Shown one piece after another: positions 36,000 to 48,307 of a stretch of 64,000 nucleotides of DNA. The stretch is taken from assembly GCA_029717555.1 (NCBI GenBank), contig JAMDHS010000019.1:186001-250000 (forward strand), read 5' to 3'. This stretch comes from Peribolospora baueri. Its lineage: Eukaryota. The notes below the pieces were generated by a model that was not told the DNA's origin, searched no databases, and saw only the letters and a program-made list of their open reading frames with translations. The translations under genes were made by a program, and so were the position numbers. Each line of letters begins with the position of its first letter. Within the stretch, counting starts at the first letter, position 1.

Positions 36000-38261
36000 C
36001 TGGACGGCCGACCACCGCGTCAAGATCTCCGACTTTGGTGTCTCCCACTTTTCGTACGCCCTCTACACCCAGCAGCTCGGCGTCGCTGCCGGTTCCCCCT
36101 CATCATCCGACTTCACTGACCCTTTCCTGTTGGACGATCACGAGCTCGCCAAGACCGCTGGCAGTCCCGCCTTCTTCGCTCCTGAATTGTGTTTCAGCGG
36201 CGACACGACTGTTCGCGGTCCGGAGACGTCGGAGGTGGCGGTCGCGGACGGAGGTAGGAAACCGTTTCGTTTCGTCGGCGGGGGCAACAGCAACGCCAGC
36301 AGTCCGGGTACGAGCACGCCCACGAGCGAGACGCGCCCGAGTGCGACGACCGCCTCCTCCTCTGCCGACGCGGCCGATGCGCCGAGCATGGGCGTCTCGA
36401 TGTCGGCGAGCGGGAGCGGCGGCGGCGGCGGCGGCGGCGATGCGGAGGCCACCACCGCAGACGCTATGAGACCGCCCCGGCCTCCATTTCGCAAGACCCA
36501 CTCCCACTCGTCCGCCCACTCCAACACGAGCACGGCGAGCAATTCTACGCGAAGAGCGAGCCGCGCTCACGTTCATCCGCACCCTCTCTCCGCCTCCGGC
36601 CCTTCATGGCCGTTTGGCTCATCATCATCATCGGACGGCGCCGCCGGCGCGGGCGAGGAACCTCCGAGGGAGGCGTCTCCGCCGCCGCGTCCGCCGATCA
36701 CCAAGGCCATCGACGTCTGGGCGCTCGGTGTAACGCTCTACTGCCTCCTCTTCGGCCACGCCCCATTCGACGCAGAGACCGAGTTCCTCCTCTTCTCCAT
36801 CATACCGAATCAGGACTTTGAGGTGCCCGAGTTCATGGGCGCCGATCGAGTCCTCGTGGGGCCGAGGAAACGGAGGACGAGGACAAGGGACGGCCGATGG
36901 GTCATGGACGCTGAGGACAAGGCGAGGATAGCCGAGCTGGATGAGGACGCCAAGCTGGTGCTCGATCTGTTGGACAGGCTGTTGGAGAAGGACCCGATCA
37001 AGAGGATCAAGCTCGAGGAGGTCAAGGTGAGAGCTTGGTTTCTTTTTCCGACCGTCGGGGCGCGGCCGGGGACACGGCGGGACAAGTCATGAGTCCAAAC
37101 GGGCGATCCTGATCTCTTCCGTTTCACTTCGTCTGTTTTTTTTCTTCCCTCGCCTGGCAGAGACACCCGTGGCTCACGCGCAATCTCCAAGACGCCAACG
37201 CTTGGCTGGACGAGACCGCGCCCGAGCAGCACTCCATCGTCCAGGTCACCCCGGCCGAAGTGGAGGGCGCGCTGACGGCGTTCAGCAAGAAGCTCAAGAA
37301 GAGCATCCAGAGACTTCAGTCCAAGCTCTTTGGGCCCTTCTCCAGCTCGACTCGGTCGCGCTCCAAGAGCGTCAGTTCGGCGTGCACTTCCGTCAGCACC
37401 GGTTGCGCCGGCGACGTTACCGACTCGCTCGGCTCGGACGTCGAGGAGCTCACCGACGGCACGAGCATCAGCACGGCCAGCCGGAGCGCGGTGCCGAGCC
37501 GGGCAGGATCGCTGAAAGCGTCTCAAAAGGGTCGGGGCCCTTCATCTGAATCGTCTCCGACGGCGCAGGCTCAGGTCGTACGCTCCAGTCCGAGCCCGCC
37601 CTTCTCACTTCTCTCCCCCAGTAGCATCGCCTCCCGTCTCTCCGCAACCGACATGCGGCGCGCTAGCTCAGACTCGCTCTCGGCCTTTCAGAACGCCGCC
37701 GGCGCCGGCGCCGCCTCCGGGTCCACGTCCACGTCGACGACGGGGGGAGGCGGCGGCGGGAGTGGCAGCAGCGCCGCATCGAGCCTCAAGCCTCCCTCTC
37801 GTCTCTCCAACCTCTTTCGCACCCGCCTCCGCACGCCCCGCTCCGCCGACCCCGTGCGGCAGCCGGTCGCAAGAAGCGGCGGCGGCGGCATGGTCAGTCC
37901 GGACTTGCGTATGCCGGTGAGCGCTGACGCGGCGCGCACGACGATCGCTCACAGTCGACGGTCCTTGGACGACCGTCTCGGCGTGTCAGCTGGTGGTGGC
38001 TTGGACAGAGACAAGAACGGAGACGGGGGCAGGGACGGGGACGACCGAAGTCGAACGAGCGGCGAGGTGGGTGACGAGGAGGAGACCGGGCTGGCCCACC
38101 TCGAGTTGGAGGACGACGGCGCAGCACCGGGCGCCGCCGTCCACCTGCGACACAGAAGGGGCGAAAACGAGGAGGCGGAGGAAGACGACGTAGATCTCGA
38201 CCTAGACTTTTCCGACGACGATCTGGACGACGGCAGCGCCGAACTAGCCGTACTTCCTTGA
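34970..38261 (+). CDS. CaMKK-like Ser/Thr kinase (Ssp1/Sak1 family)
   Basis: INQY..LGRGVHGKV, VAIK, REMAIMKK, HRDIKPANLL, DFGVS, KTAGSPAFFAPE, DVWALGVTLY. Confidence 0.93.
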
Positions 38262-38613
38262 CTACGTACGCTCTCTTTTGTTGTACATGTTTTTTTTTGC
38301 CATATAATAGATTGCGGAGATTTTCTCCTCGACCCTTTTCTTCTTTCTTTCTTTCGAGCAAACCCATTTCGTTCATCTCACAGATCCGCACAAACGCCAA
38401 ACGCGCTCGGCATCACATCGCTGATGCGGGTCATCGTCGATGCCCGAAGTAGAGTAGAAGTAGGTGTACAAGTAGAGGGGGATGGGAGGTGTTGGGTGAG
38501 AGGGGGCGTCATTGCGTCATCGGTTTAAGGATTTGACGAGTATCGGACACTGGAGGGGGGCATCTTTCAAGACGATCTTCGCCCGCTTGGGCCGACGGCG
38601 AGGGGGTGGGTGT

Positions 38614-39600
38614 TCACGAAACCCCTGTTTGTTTGGCGCGGAGGAGCGATTGGTGGAAGCTAGGCGGCGTCTTATGGCGCCTGTCCACTTGCTTCTTCAT
38701 GACCGGAGGATGCTTCTTGGCCGCGTGCGTCGCGAGCGCCGAAGGCTGCTTGAAGATCTGATCGCTGACGGCCCTGCGCACAAAGTCACCTTCCCTCTCG
38801 CGCAGATGCTGGACGGCGGGTGGAGGGGTCACGTCCCCAGGCCGCCGCTCCTCACGAGATGAGGTTGGAGTTGGGGCCCTTGCTTGTCCGCCGAGGCCGT
38901 CATACAAGTGTTCACCTTTCACAAGACCTCTGATGCCAATGCCGTGACCGGTGAGATCTGGCGAAAGGGAAGCAAAAGGTTCATGGTAGTAAGGGGCATG
39001 CCAGGCCCCATGTTTTCCGATACACAAAATGAATCTCACCATCTGGAACGCCATAACCAAGGCCGCCGCCTTCGGCCATTTCATAGAGCTTAGACCCTGC
39101 CGGAGAATGGAACAGGGGAGACTCGTCCTCCAACTCGTCCTCCTCACTGCTTCCTCCTTCATCACGTGTGAGCTCAGGCATGACGGGTAGCGGGTGCGGG
39201 GCAGGGAGGTATTCGCTCCTGTCCTGAACTGGCTCCTCATGCCCTGGGTTACTACCACCTTGCTTCGAGTGGCCTGGGTTGTGTCCACCATACCCGTGCC
39301 CGGGGCTTCTTCCTCTGGGAGCGGTGACTCGCTCGTCTTGACCTTTGACTTTGCAGGCAAGTGGACGAAGGTCAGACTTCTCCTTCCCCTGTCTCTCTTC
39401 TGCATTGCCAGGCTTGCCGATCTTGTTATCATGAGTTCTGCCAGTGCTGCTGTGGGAGCCGGTGGTGCCAATAGGGATGGAGATAGTTTCGCCCATTCGC
39501 ACATGCTTCTGTGCTATGCTAGGCTCCTCTCCCTGCTGTCGGACCCTCTCGCCTGTGGACAGGGATGCCTTTGTCGGCTTGGCACTGGCCGCGGCCATTC
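38614..39600 (-). pseudogene. Degenerate, CpG-depleted ORF relic (possible transposon remnant) ending in a decayed C2H2-like finger
   Basis: Overlapping ORFs in two frames, visibly low CpG and high TpG/CpA, and the motif F..PSALATHAAKKH. Confidence 0.35.
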
Positions 39601-39636
39601 TGTGTTATATCACCATTGCAGTGATGAAGAAGGGCG

Positions 39637-40999
39637 TTAGTTGATCAAATTCCGTAGAAGATAAGAGGGTGAGTCACTATTCAAAGAGAAGGCCCACATG
39701 GGAGCGTGTTTGTGCTGCTGTTTTATGTCTCTGCCAGTCGAGCGTCGCCCGAGTTCGCCGTAGACGTCCGGGTTGGGTACGTCAAGTTGGACGACCGCCT
39801 CCGCCGTCTGATAAGGCTTCTCAATGAGACGGTGGTGTAGGATGTGGAGTGTGTGTATAAGGGTGGTGTAGAGCTCCGCTAGAGCGCTAATTGTGAAAGT
39901 CGAGAGAAAAGTTGCAGGTGGAGCCCTATAGGACGTGTTTTTCAGCGTATCAGCACATGGCGTACTGCTCACTGTCGCAGGAATAATTTCTATTGCTCAT
40001 TCCATTCCACCCACCAGAGTCTTTTGAATGGCAGCCAATCGAGGCCACTCGAACCACGCCAGTGCTCCTCAATGGCTGTGACGAACAAGAGAGCTTGCTT
40101 TCTGACCTGGCTATCAAACCCACTGACGACGGCGTCTGTTTCCGTTGGGGTTTGAACGCCTGACTGCGCAGCCGGGTTGAGGTGAAGGATGGTGGTGACG
40201 TCGAAGGAGAGCTCGGAAAATGGGAGGAAGTACGGAGCGAACGTCCGAGTAGAGTCGACGGTCACTTGCAGTGAGCTGGGACACGACACGATGCACGCGA
40301 CCACACAACAAGTCATGTCAGCCATTCTGAACAATCGCCGATGCGTGGCCGGCTTGGTGTGGCATTGGCATGGAGTGGAGAGGTCGGATGTTGTCGATGC
40401 CGTCAACTCACTCTGTATCCCACCGAATGCGATTGAGAATCACAGGCCGCTCTCGACCAAGCCACCGGACAGCACGACCAAGCTCGAAAAGGTGCTTGAA
40501 CCTCGACGCCCCCTGAATCCTCAACCCGGGGCCCGAGTAGAGGAGGCGGTCGGAGAAGAAGTTGTTGACGACCGCGTTGAAGTTGACGGGGTCCGAACTG
40601 AAGAAGTTGACGACGAGCTCTGTGGACGATGAAATGAGAGAGGAGAGGTGTCGCGGACCGTCGGAGGGCATGGGGTTTATTTTAAATACGTGCGACGGAA
40701 GACGTGCAAGTTTCCTTTCGTTGGTGAGCACGCTCGCAGGACGACCCGAGCCTGGCAGCGGGGATTGAGTATTACGAAGCCATGAGTAGAAAGGCTCAAA
40801 GTCGACTGACTGACCTTTGATCTCTTCCGTGTCCAGGTTGTAAGCGTCCATCCTGCCGTTGGCCGACGCAAACTAGGTCGTTAAATATTTTTAGACGATT
40901 TCTCGTCAACTGCTGCGAAGGAGAAGAAGAAGAGTGTCGAATTGACGGGAAGGAAGCGTCTCTGTTAAGTCGAACGGGCGCTGACAGAACAGCGGACAT
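39637..40999 (-). CDS. Hypothetical protein with a possible SnoaL/NTF2-like fold; start uncertain
   Basis: ORFs 40408-40851, 39990-40406 and 39637-39972 link through GT..AG introns. Pattern FFSD..YSGPG..IQG..RF....VTAIEEHW. Confidence 0.5.
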
Positions 41000-41160
41000 C
41001 GATCGTCGTTGCTCGATAGGAGATCGCATCGCGTGACGCCGTCACGTTTAAGGACCATGACTAATCGACAAAACTTTCAAGGGGCCGCATGGCATTTCAA
41101 GTTTCAAGTTTTAGGACATGTCGCACAATCATGTCATCCAACTCGAACCTCCTTGTCCGT

Positions 41161-43434
41161 TTACTTCTTGAAGATGCTGACGCAATCTTCGTCCTCGAGA
41201 ACGTGCTCCAAACCGACCCTGAATGAATCGTGGACGAGTACGTCAGAAGACCAGTTTTGTACAACGGAGAAGAGAGTGCCAGCTTGTACGAACGCCAAGC
41301 AGGCTGGCGACGAAAACTCACTTTTGACCTCTAGGGTGCTTGCTCGAAGTGCCCCACACCATGGCATACTTCATCTGCTTGGCGATCTCCTTGTGGATGG
41401 CGTTGCAAAAATCCTCTACCGTCGACTTACCCCGTCGGAGAACGACAGGAGAGCTGTAGTCCGGTGCCTGTCCTCGCGGCTTGGTGTAGACTCGAACGAG
41501 GTCGAGAGCCTCCCACATTTTCTGGAGCGGCAAACGGAGCGGCAAAAGGAACGGGAACGGTGAGATAGGGTCTAGTCCAGAAAACGAAACAGCGGCGGAG
41601 GGGAGAAAGCTCACATCCACGAGCTCGTCGTCAACGTTCATCCACATTTTCGAGGAGATGGGGACCGAGTTGGGGATCTTGTAAAGTAGGTCGAGCTCTT
41701 CGATCGATATCGCGTCCACCTAATCGAATTCAGAGCATAAGTGTGCAGATCATTAATTTCCCGTTGAAACGCGCGCGGACACAGGATGACGATTATTGCA
41801 AGTGGCACGGAAGACCCACCTTGTTGAGCACGTAAATTGCGGGAACGTAAACCCGGCCGCCTTCAACCACGTCGATGAGATCGTCCAAGGTAGCGTCACA
41901 CCGGAAGGCGATGTCAGCATTGGAGATACGGTACTCGCTGAGTACGGCCCTAATCTCGTCGTTCTCGAGATGCGTGAGGGGAACGGTCTGCGCGTGCGTT
42001 TGGAAAATATCGAACTCAGCGTATGGAATGTAAGAGATACTGTAAAGAAACGCAGAGACGCACGTTCGTAATGTTGATACCACCCCTGTCCTTCTTGCGG
42101 ACGACAATATTCGGTGGCTTCTTGTTGAGACGGATGCCGAAGCCTTCCAACTCGTTCTCAATGATCTTCTTGTCATTCTGCAAAAAAGGGAAGTTAAAAG
42201 CAATGGTCAACGTCGCTTGAAAACAGGAGAGGGACGTGACATGCTCACGAGAGGCTTGCAGACGTCCAGCACAATGAAGATGAGGTTACAGGTTCTCGCG
42301 ACTATAGGGAGATTGACGTGCAAACCCAATATAATGAGCTCATGCGTAGACAGACGACGATGCGGGCGCACGTAACGCTGGGCTCACCGGCGATGACCTG
42401 TCTTCCTCGTCCCTTGCCGTCCTTGGCTCCTTCGATGATACCGGCTGCGTCGCCGCAAATGAACACGAAATCCCAGCTTAAGTCTCTCCTCCTAAGCCGA
42501 TCGACGAGCAAAAATCGTGATGGAGAAAGGGACTCGGAAACCCACGCAAGTCAAGGATCTGGATCCTGGCTCCTCGCACTTCCATGGTACCCGGGACGGT
42601 CGTCAGCGTGGTGAACTCGTACGCGGCTGCCAGCGACTGGGTCCCGGTGAGGCCAGACATACTGCGTGTCAGATGTAACAAGGAGATGGACGTGAAAGAT
42701 CAGTACAACGTAGCCGAGCTCCGACGTCCCCGAGCACCGCACGCGAGCCGCACACCGACTTAGCCCCACAACCTTCTATAACTTTGCAGTCAAAAAACTC
42801 ACAGTGTGGACTTCCCGACCGATGGAAACCCAACGAATCCCACAGACGCAATTCCAGTCCTGGCCACGTCGAAGCCCACGCCGCCACCGCCTCCTCCGCC
42901 ACCGGAGGGGGCAATAAGCTCGCGCCTCAACTTAGCGAGCTTAGCTGTTACGGTTGGGCGGGAAGATTGAGTAGGAAAGAAGCAGGAAAATAAAAAAGAG
43001 GGCGCGTGGGTTCGTCAAGGAAAGGGAAGGGAAAGACGGGCAGGTGAGAAAACCAATCAGAGGCAGAGGGAATCCGCCATCTATCTGACTTCTTCTCCTC
43101 CACACCCTCCCACAATACAACGACCAACATGATCCAACCAAAAACCTGAACAGAGTCAAGCAGACGAGTCGCGCTTGACCCCTGAACTCACCCTTCAGCT
43201 GTCCCAGGTGGTAGCTCGTCGCCTTGTTCTTCTGCGTCCGAGCCATCTCGTCCTCGATCTCCTTGATCCTGCGGGATATTTGGCGGGTACAGTAAAAGGA
43301 TAGGTTCGGTACAACATGAATGAGAAGGCAATGAGCGATGGGACCGGATGTGACCATGAGAAGGGGGTTTATATTGCATGGAGAAAGAACGAGCACGAGC
43401 GGTAAACGGTTACTTACTTCTGCACCGTCGTCAT
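41161..43434 (-). CDS. RBG1: Developmentally regulated GTPase DRG1/Rbg1
   Basis: [56 protein letters not shown], and TGS domain [18 protein letters not shown]. Confidence 0.96.
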
Positions 43435-44032
43435 ATTGGATATTTTCTCTCTATCTAGGTAGCTAGCTCAACGAACGAGCGTGGGTAAAAAAGCAACGTG
43501 ATGGAGGAATGAGGAAGTGGAGGAAAGCGAAGGGGGGGGGGGGGGGTTGTACAAGTTGAACGCCAAAAGGCCGGGTGATGAACGATAGCAATGGTGGCGG
43601 TGGTGGTTGAGAAAAGAGTTCAGACGGCGCCGCGTCCTGGAAGGAAACCTGCAGCGGCAAGCTCGATCACGCACGCTCAGGTCGGAAATTCCGGTCTATT
43701 CACGAATTTCTATCTTTTCATTGCCGTCATTCCGCCTTTGTAGAGGTAGGACGTCCGGGAAGTCATCCACTGTTTGGACCAGAGCTCGCACGTTCTTTTT
43801 CGAACAAATTATTCATAACCAGCCAAGCCAGCCAGCCATAGCCAAGCCAAGCCATGCCAAACCATGCCAGGCCAGGCCAGACCAGCGCCCCTCTCCCATT
43901 CGCAAGCCGAGGTGCCAGTCTGTACTAGCTTCACCTTTTACAAACAGCTCATGGCGACCAGGCAAAGGTAACAGTCAAAAGATTAAAAAGGGAGGACGGG
44001 GAGAACGGTTCCACGGTTAAGTTTGGGAACGT

Positions 44033-45179
44033 TTACTGAATAAAAGGAGAGGCAAAGCAGGAGGACAGCGAAGGAGACAAATTTAGCGCGAATAAATAAA
44101 GACCTGGACCCCTCGAATGTACGCGGACACCATTCCACTACCCCTACTCACGAGCTTGACCACCTTGAGGCCGTCCTTCCACAGGGTGAAGAACGGAGTG
44201 ACACCGTCCTCGCGATAGTTGAGGAGGGCGACCATACTGTGCGAGAGAGCAGGCAAATAATAGAGCGTCATTATCAGCGCCATGCCGCAAGAGAACAGAG
44301 CGGCTCTCCACCATCGTACCTACCCATCCGGGTTCATGCTCTCGCCGGTGTAGAACTCGTAGTCCTTGAAGTTGCCGAGGATCTTCTTGGCCGTCTCGGC
44401 AGCCTTCTTCTCGAACACGGGGACTCGGTCCGGGTTCGTCTCCTGAAGCTTGTTCTTGACCTCCTTCATGTAGCCCTGTGAAAATAGAAGAGAAAGAAGA
44501 AGGCGATGTGAGTCATTCGTGGTCTTTGGTCCGACCGACGGGCACCTAAGCCGCGCCCAGAGATAAGACGACAAGAATTGGGACACGTCACACGAACCTT
44601 AAGGTAGGTCATGTAAGTCTTCTTGTCGAAGCTGGTTTGTTGAAGTCGGAAGGAGTGGACGACGTTGTTGACCGTCTCAGCACCCGCCTCCAACGCCTCC
44701 TCCTGCTCCTCCGCCGAGGGGTTGCCGCCGATGTCGACCTCGCCTTCCTGCGATGTGAGAATGCGCGTACAAAAGGGGAGCAAAACATGAATGGCACGTC
44801 AGAGAGAAACACGTGGATAACCTGATACCCGTGGCGGGCCCGAAACTTGCCTTGATAACAATCATTTGGCAGTCGACTTCGAGCACGGCATCGTCCACCT
44901 CAGTGCTGCAAGGCATATGAAACTCCGTCAGCTAGACTGTCCAGCAAACGAGACGAATGCAGGAATTCACAATAGAAGGTCGTATATGAAGGGCGCTCAC
45001 ATCTTGAAGGCGTCCGAGGTCATCTCGTCGCCGCTGATAACATCCGTGTAGAGCTAGCAAAGCAAGAAGCATGCGAGCGGGGTGTCTCGGGGTGAGTTGC
45101 ACTCTGCCGTGTCGTGCCGCCGCTTCTTTCAAGGCAAGGGAAGTGTGGTAGAAATCCAGGGAATGCTACTCACCAACAT
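44033..45179 (-). CDS. TMA19: Translationally controlled tumour protein (TCTP/Tma19)
   Basis: [64 protein letters not shown]. Confidence 0.97.
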
Positions 45180-45597
45180 GGTGCAAGGTGCTGAGAGAAA
45201 GGGAGGGAGAGCGAGAGCGAGAAGGGGAGATGGAAAGACGAGGGAGGGGTCGAAGGGTTAGGTGTGGATGAGGATGGAGAAGGCAAAAGCTTCGCGCCAA
45301 CGTTCCCCCCGGCGCCGGCTGGAAAATTTGATTGGGCTGTGGTACTCTGAGGCACGTGATTTCTTTTCTCGCCACGTTCTCCGCCGAGCGCGTGTTTGAA
45401 GTGTTCCAATACAACTGTGTCCGAGACATTTGCCGGACTCGGCTTTAATACAATCCAGTTCCCTCAACCGGCCCGATCGGGACGACGCACAAGCCAACAA
45501 CAGCCAACGAGCAAATTGTCCAGCGGTGATGCGACGCTGGCCTCCCATATTGTACGCCGCACCTCGATTCTCTGTCTCTCATTACTCCGCACTCTCC

Positions 45598-46836
45598 ATG
45601 CCGACGCTCTCCCCATCTCGGCGAGAAGCTATTGCGCAGTGTGCGGCCATCTTCCGAGCTTCGCAAGCTTCCAGACGCAACGACTCCGACGAGCTGCGCG
45701 GAGCAACGGTGATGCTGCTCTACTCCACGCAGCCGTCTTGGCCGTGGCCGTCCGGGAGTGAGGAAAACGGAGAGGGGCGCAAGCGGAGTGGGAAGCAACG
45801 GCTGCAGCTCTCCGTGCTGGATTCCTCTTTCAACCCTCCTACGCTCGCTCACCTCGCTCTGGCCCTCTCCGAGCCGCCTCCGCCTTTGCCGCCCGCATCT
45901 CTTGCTCAGGAAGCTGCCGAGCGCTTTCGGGACCGTTCTGCCGTGTCTTCCCATGGGGTCAAGGGAGATGTACAGGAGGACGGAGGAGGATACGATGCCC
46001 ACCTCCTGCTTCTGTCCGCCCGAAACGCAGACAAGGGCATGGGCAAGGATGGAGACGCGACACTGCAGCAGAGGATGGAGATGATGGAGCTTTTGGCGTA
46101 CGAGATGGAGGACTATTTGCGTTTGCGGGCCGGCGGAGGTGGAAAAGGCTCAGAACAAAGTGGAGAAGTCAAGAAACCCAACGTGGCGGTGGCACTCATC
46201 GACGAACCCGTTTTCGTCCGCAAGTCCTCCATCCTGCTCGACTACTTAGCCTCTCGCTCGTCTCCCTCTCCATCCTCTTCGGCTTCTCCCTCCTTCCAGC
46301 CTGAGCTCCAACCCCAACTCCAGCCCCAACTGCACTGGCTTCTCGGTATCGACACGCTCGCCCGCTTCTTTGCACCCCGATATTATCCCTCCGAGGCATC
46401 CATGCGATCGAACTTCCAGAATTTCTTCGAAAAGGAAGGCAACTGCCTGATTTGTGCTAGAAGGGACGCTCACTCTGCTCCGCCCATCGTTGTTCCCTCC
46501 TCATCCTCTTCCTCTCAGGGGGAAAGGAAGGAGGAGATGGTTGAGAAGGAGGACGTCGAGCAAGCGCTGTTGGGTTCACCGCTCGTCAAACCATGGGTGG
46601 AAGCGGGATCGGTGCGGATTATGGACATTGGACAGCACGAGATGGGCCTCAGCTCGACCGCCGTGCGGAGAGCTCTGGGCTCCGCAGCCGTTTCTGCTAG
46701 TTCCGAGGAAAGGCTGTCGGACGTGGATCGGGAAAAGCTGGAGTGCATGATACCTCGTGGACTGTTGGAGTATGCGCTTGAGGAAAGGCTGTATGCCACC
46801 AAGGTCGTGGGCGAGGTCAATGAAGGGAGGCGGTAG
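45598..46836 (+). CDS. POF1: POF1-like nucleotidyltransferase (NMNAT/cytidylyltransferase fold)
   Basis: LDSSFNPPTLAH, LLLSARNADK, LGIDTLARFFAPRYY, SSTAVR. Intronless. Confidence 0.85.
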   Translation: MPTLSPSRREAIAQCAAIFRASQASRRNDSDELRGATVMLLYSTQPSWPWPSGSEENGEGRKRSGKQRLQLSVLDSSFNPPTLAHLALALSEPPPPLPPASLAQEAAERFRDRSAVSSHGVKGDVQEDGGGYDAHLLLLSARNADKGMGKDGDATLQQRMEMMELLAYEMEDYLRLRAGGGGKGSEQSGEVKKPNVAVALIDEPVFVRKSSILLDYLASRSSPSPSSSASPSFQPELQPQLQPQLHWLLGIDTLARFFAPRYYPSEASMRSNFQNFFEKEGNCLICARRDAHSAPPIVVPSSSSSSQGERKEEMVEKEDVEQALLGSPLVKPWVEAGSVRIMDIGQHEMGLSSTAVRRALGSAAVSASSEERLSDVDREKLECMIPRGLLEYALEERLYATKVVGEVNEGRR

Positions 46837-47026
46837 CGGAGGAGATTGTCTGTTCGCTTTACTTTTCTCTACGTATCGGCTTCGCTTTTTATACATACAA
46901 GGGAACTAAATGCCTCGGATGGTGTCAAGACGGGCTAAGGGGCAACGAGGAATTCCGCTCAGATTGCTCGACCCATCGAAACTGTCATCCTCTTGCGCTT
47001 GGCATTCCCGTTATGTCCGACGATCA

Positions 47027-48187
47027 TCATCTACTTTTCTCCCGTTGGCCATCCCTCAACCCCCTCCTCCACTCCTCCACGCTCTCCAACAACAACCTCT
47101 TCGCTCCGCCTCCCCAAAAGTGATCTGCCCCATCCACATCGACAGCGCAAAAGGTCGACTCGGAACGCTGAGAAAGCTGGCGTAATCTGGAAGCCCAGGA
47201 ATCGTAGGAGGAGAGGGAGGTGAACTGATCTCGGGGGCCGTAGAGTGCGAGGACGTGGACGATCTTCTCGGAGGAGGTTGACCGCCCTTGCGAGGATCCG
47301 GAGTTTTCCTCCCTCGCCATTTCCTGTCGCTGTTGCTCAGAAGGGAAAAGCCCTTCCAAAGCGCGACTGTAGACGGAGGAACGGAATAAGGAAAGCGCCC
47401 AGAGGACGTTGAGCGGGTAAGAGACGAGGACGTAGCGGACGGAGATGGGTCTGTCTCCGAGTCCGAGCTGAGCATGATGGCTGCTCGGTGACCGAATGTC
47501 GTCGTCGCTCGTCCCTTGTTCCACGGCGTCCTCGGGGAAGTGGGCGAGAGAGGCTGCGAGGGAGCCAAAGGAGTAACCCTGTATTCGAACAGTTCCATGT
47601 GTTGGTCAGCAAGGAGGCACACCGACTCTTCGGCGGTGCGGTCCGCAGTCATTGTCGTAAAGGGAATACTCACGCAGAAATAGACTTCGAAAGGCGTTGT
47701 CGTTGGCAGTTTGTTCGTGGCGTCGGTAGCTGTCACAGCCGGCGCAAGGGCTGAAAGTGCGTAGTCAACGACCGCCTGTGAGCCAAGATCAACAAGAGGT
47801 AAAGAAGGATGGGAAAGAGCAGTGCGATAAGACACATGTCGAGTGGTATTGTGAAAAGGACTGGGAATTCAAAGCGAGCGAGTCTTGGCAGAGTTTACCC
47901 ACCCTGTAATCTTCCACCTCTCCATTTCCCGTCCAGGTAGTACTCCCACCGCTACAGCCAACTCCCCTAGCATCGAAAGTGAGCGCTCTCACGCCGGACG
48001 AAGCGAAATACCGAGCGAGGGAGACAACGACGTGGTCATCTTGCGTGCCTCCGAGGCGGCCCCAGGGATGAGCTATAATAGCGAGGCCGAGCGGCAAGAT
48101 CGAGGCGCCGGAATGATGCCATCGCGCTTGAAGATGGTGGGAGGAAAGAGGGATGTGGAAGTCCTCTGTGTTGACGGTCACTGCCAT
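47027..48187 (-). CDS. Alpha/beta hydrolase
   Basis: AHPWGRLGG, FDARGVG, GYSFG nucleophile elbow, GPRDQF, GADHFW. Confidence 0.88.
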
Positions 48188-48307
48188 GCTTGCCTCTTAT
48201 CGTCGATCCCTCTTCCCCCCGTTCCTTCGCGAACGGAGGCTTCGCCTGCGCACTGTCCACCCGTCCGATCAAATGACTGCTGCGGCAGGATGACGCCCTC
48301 GCCAGCC

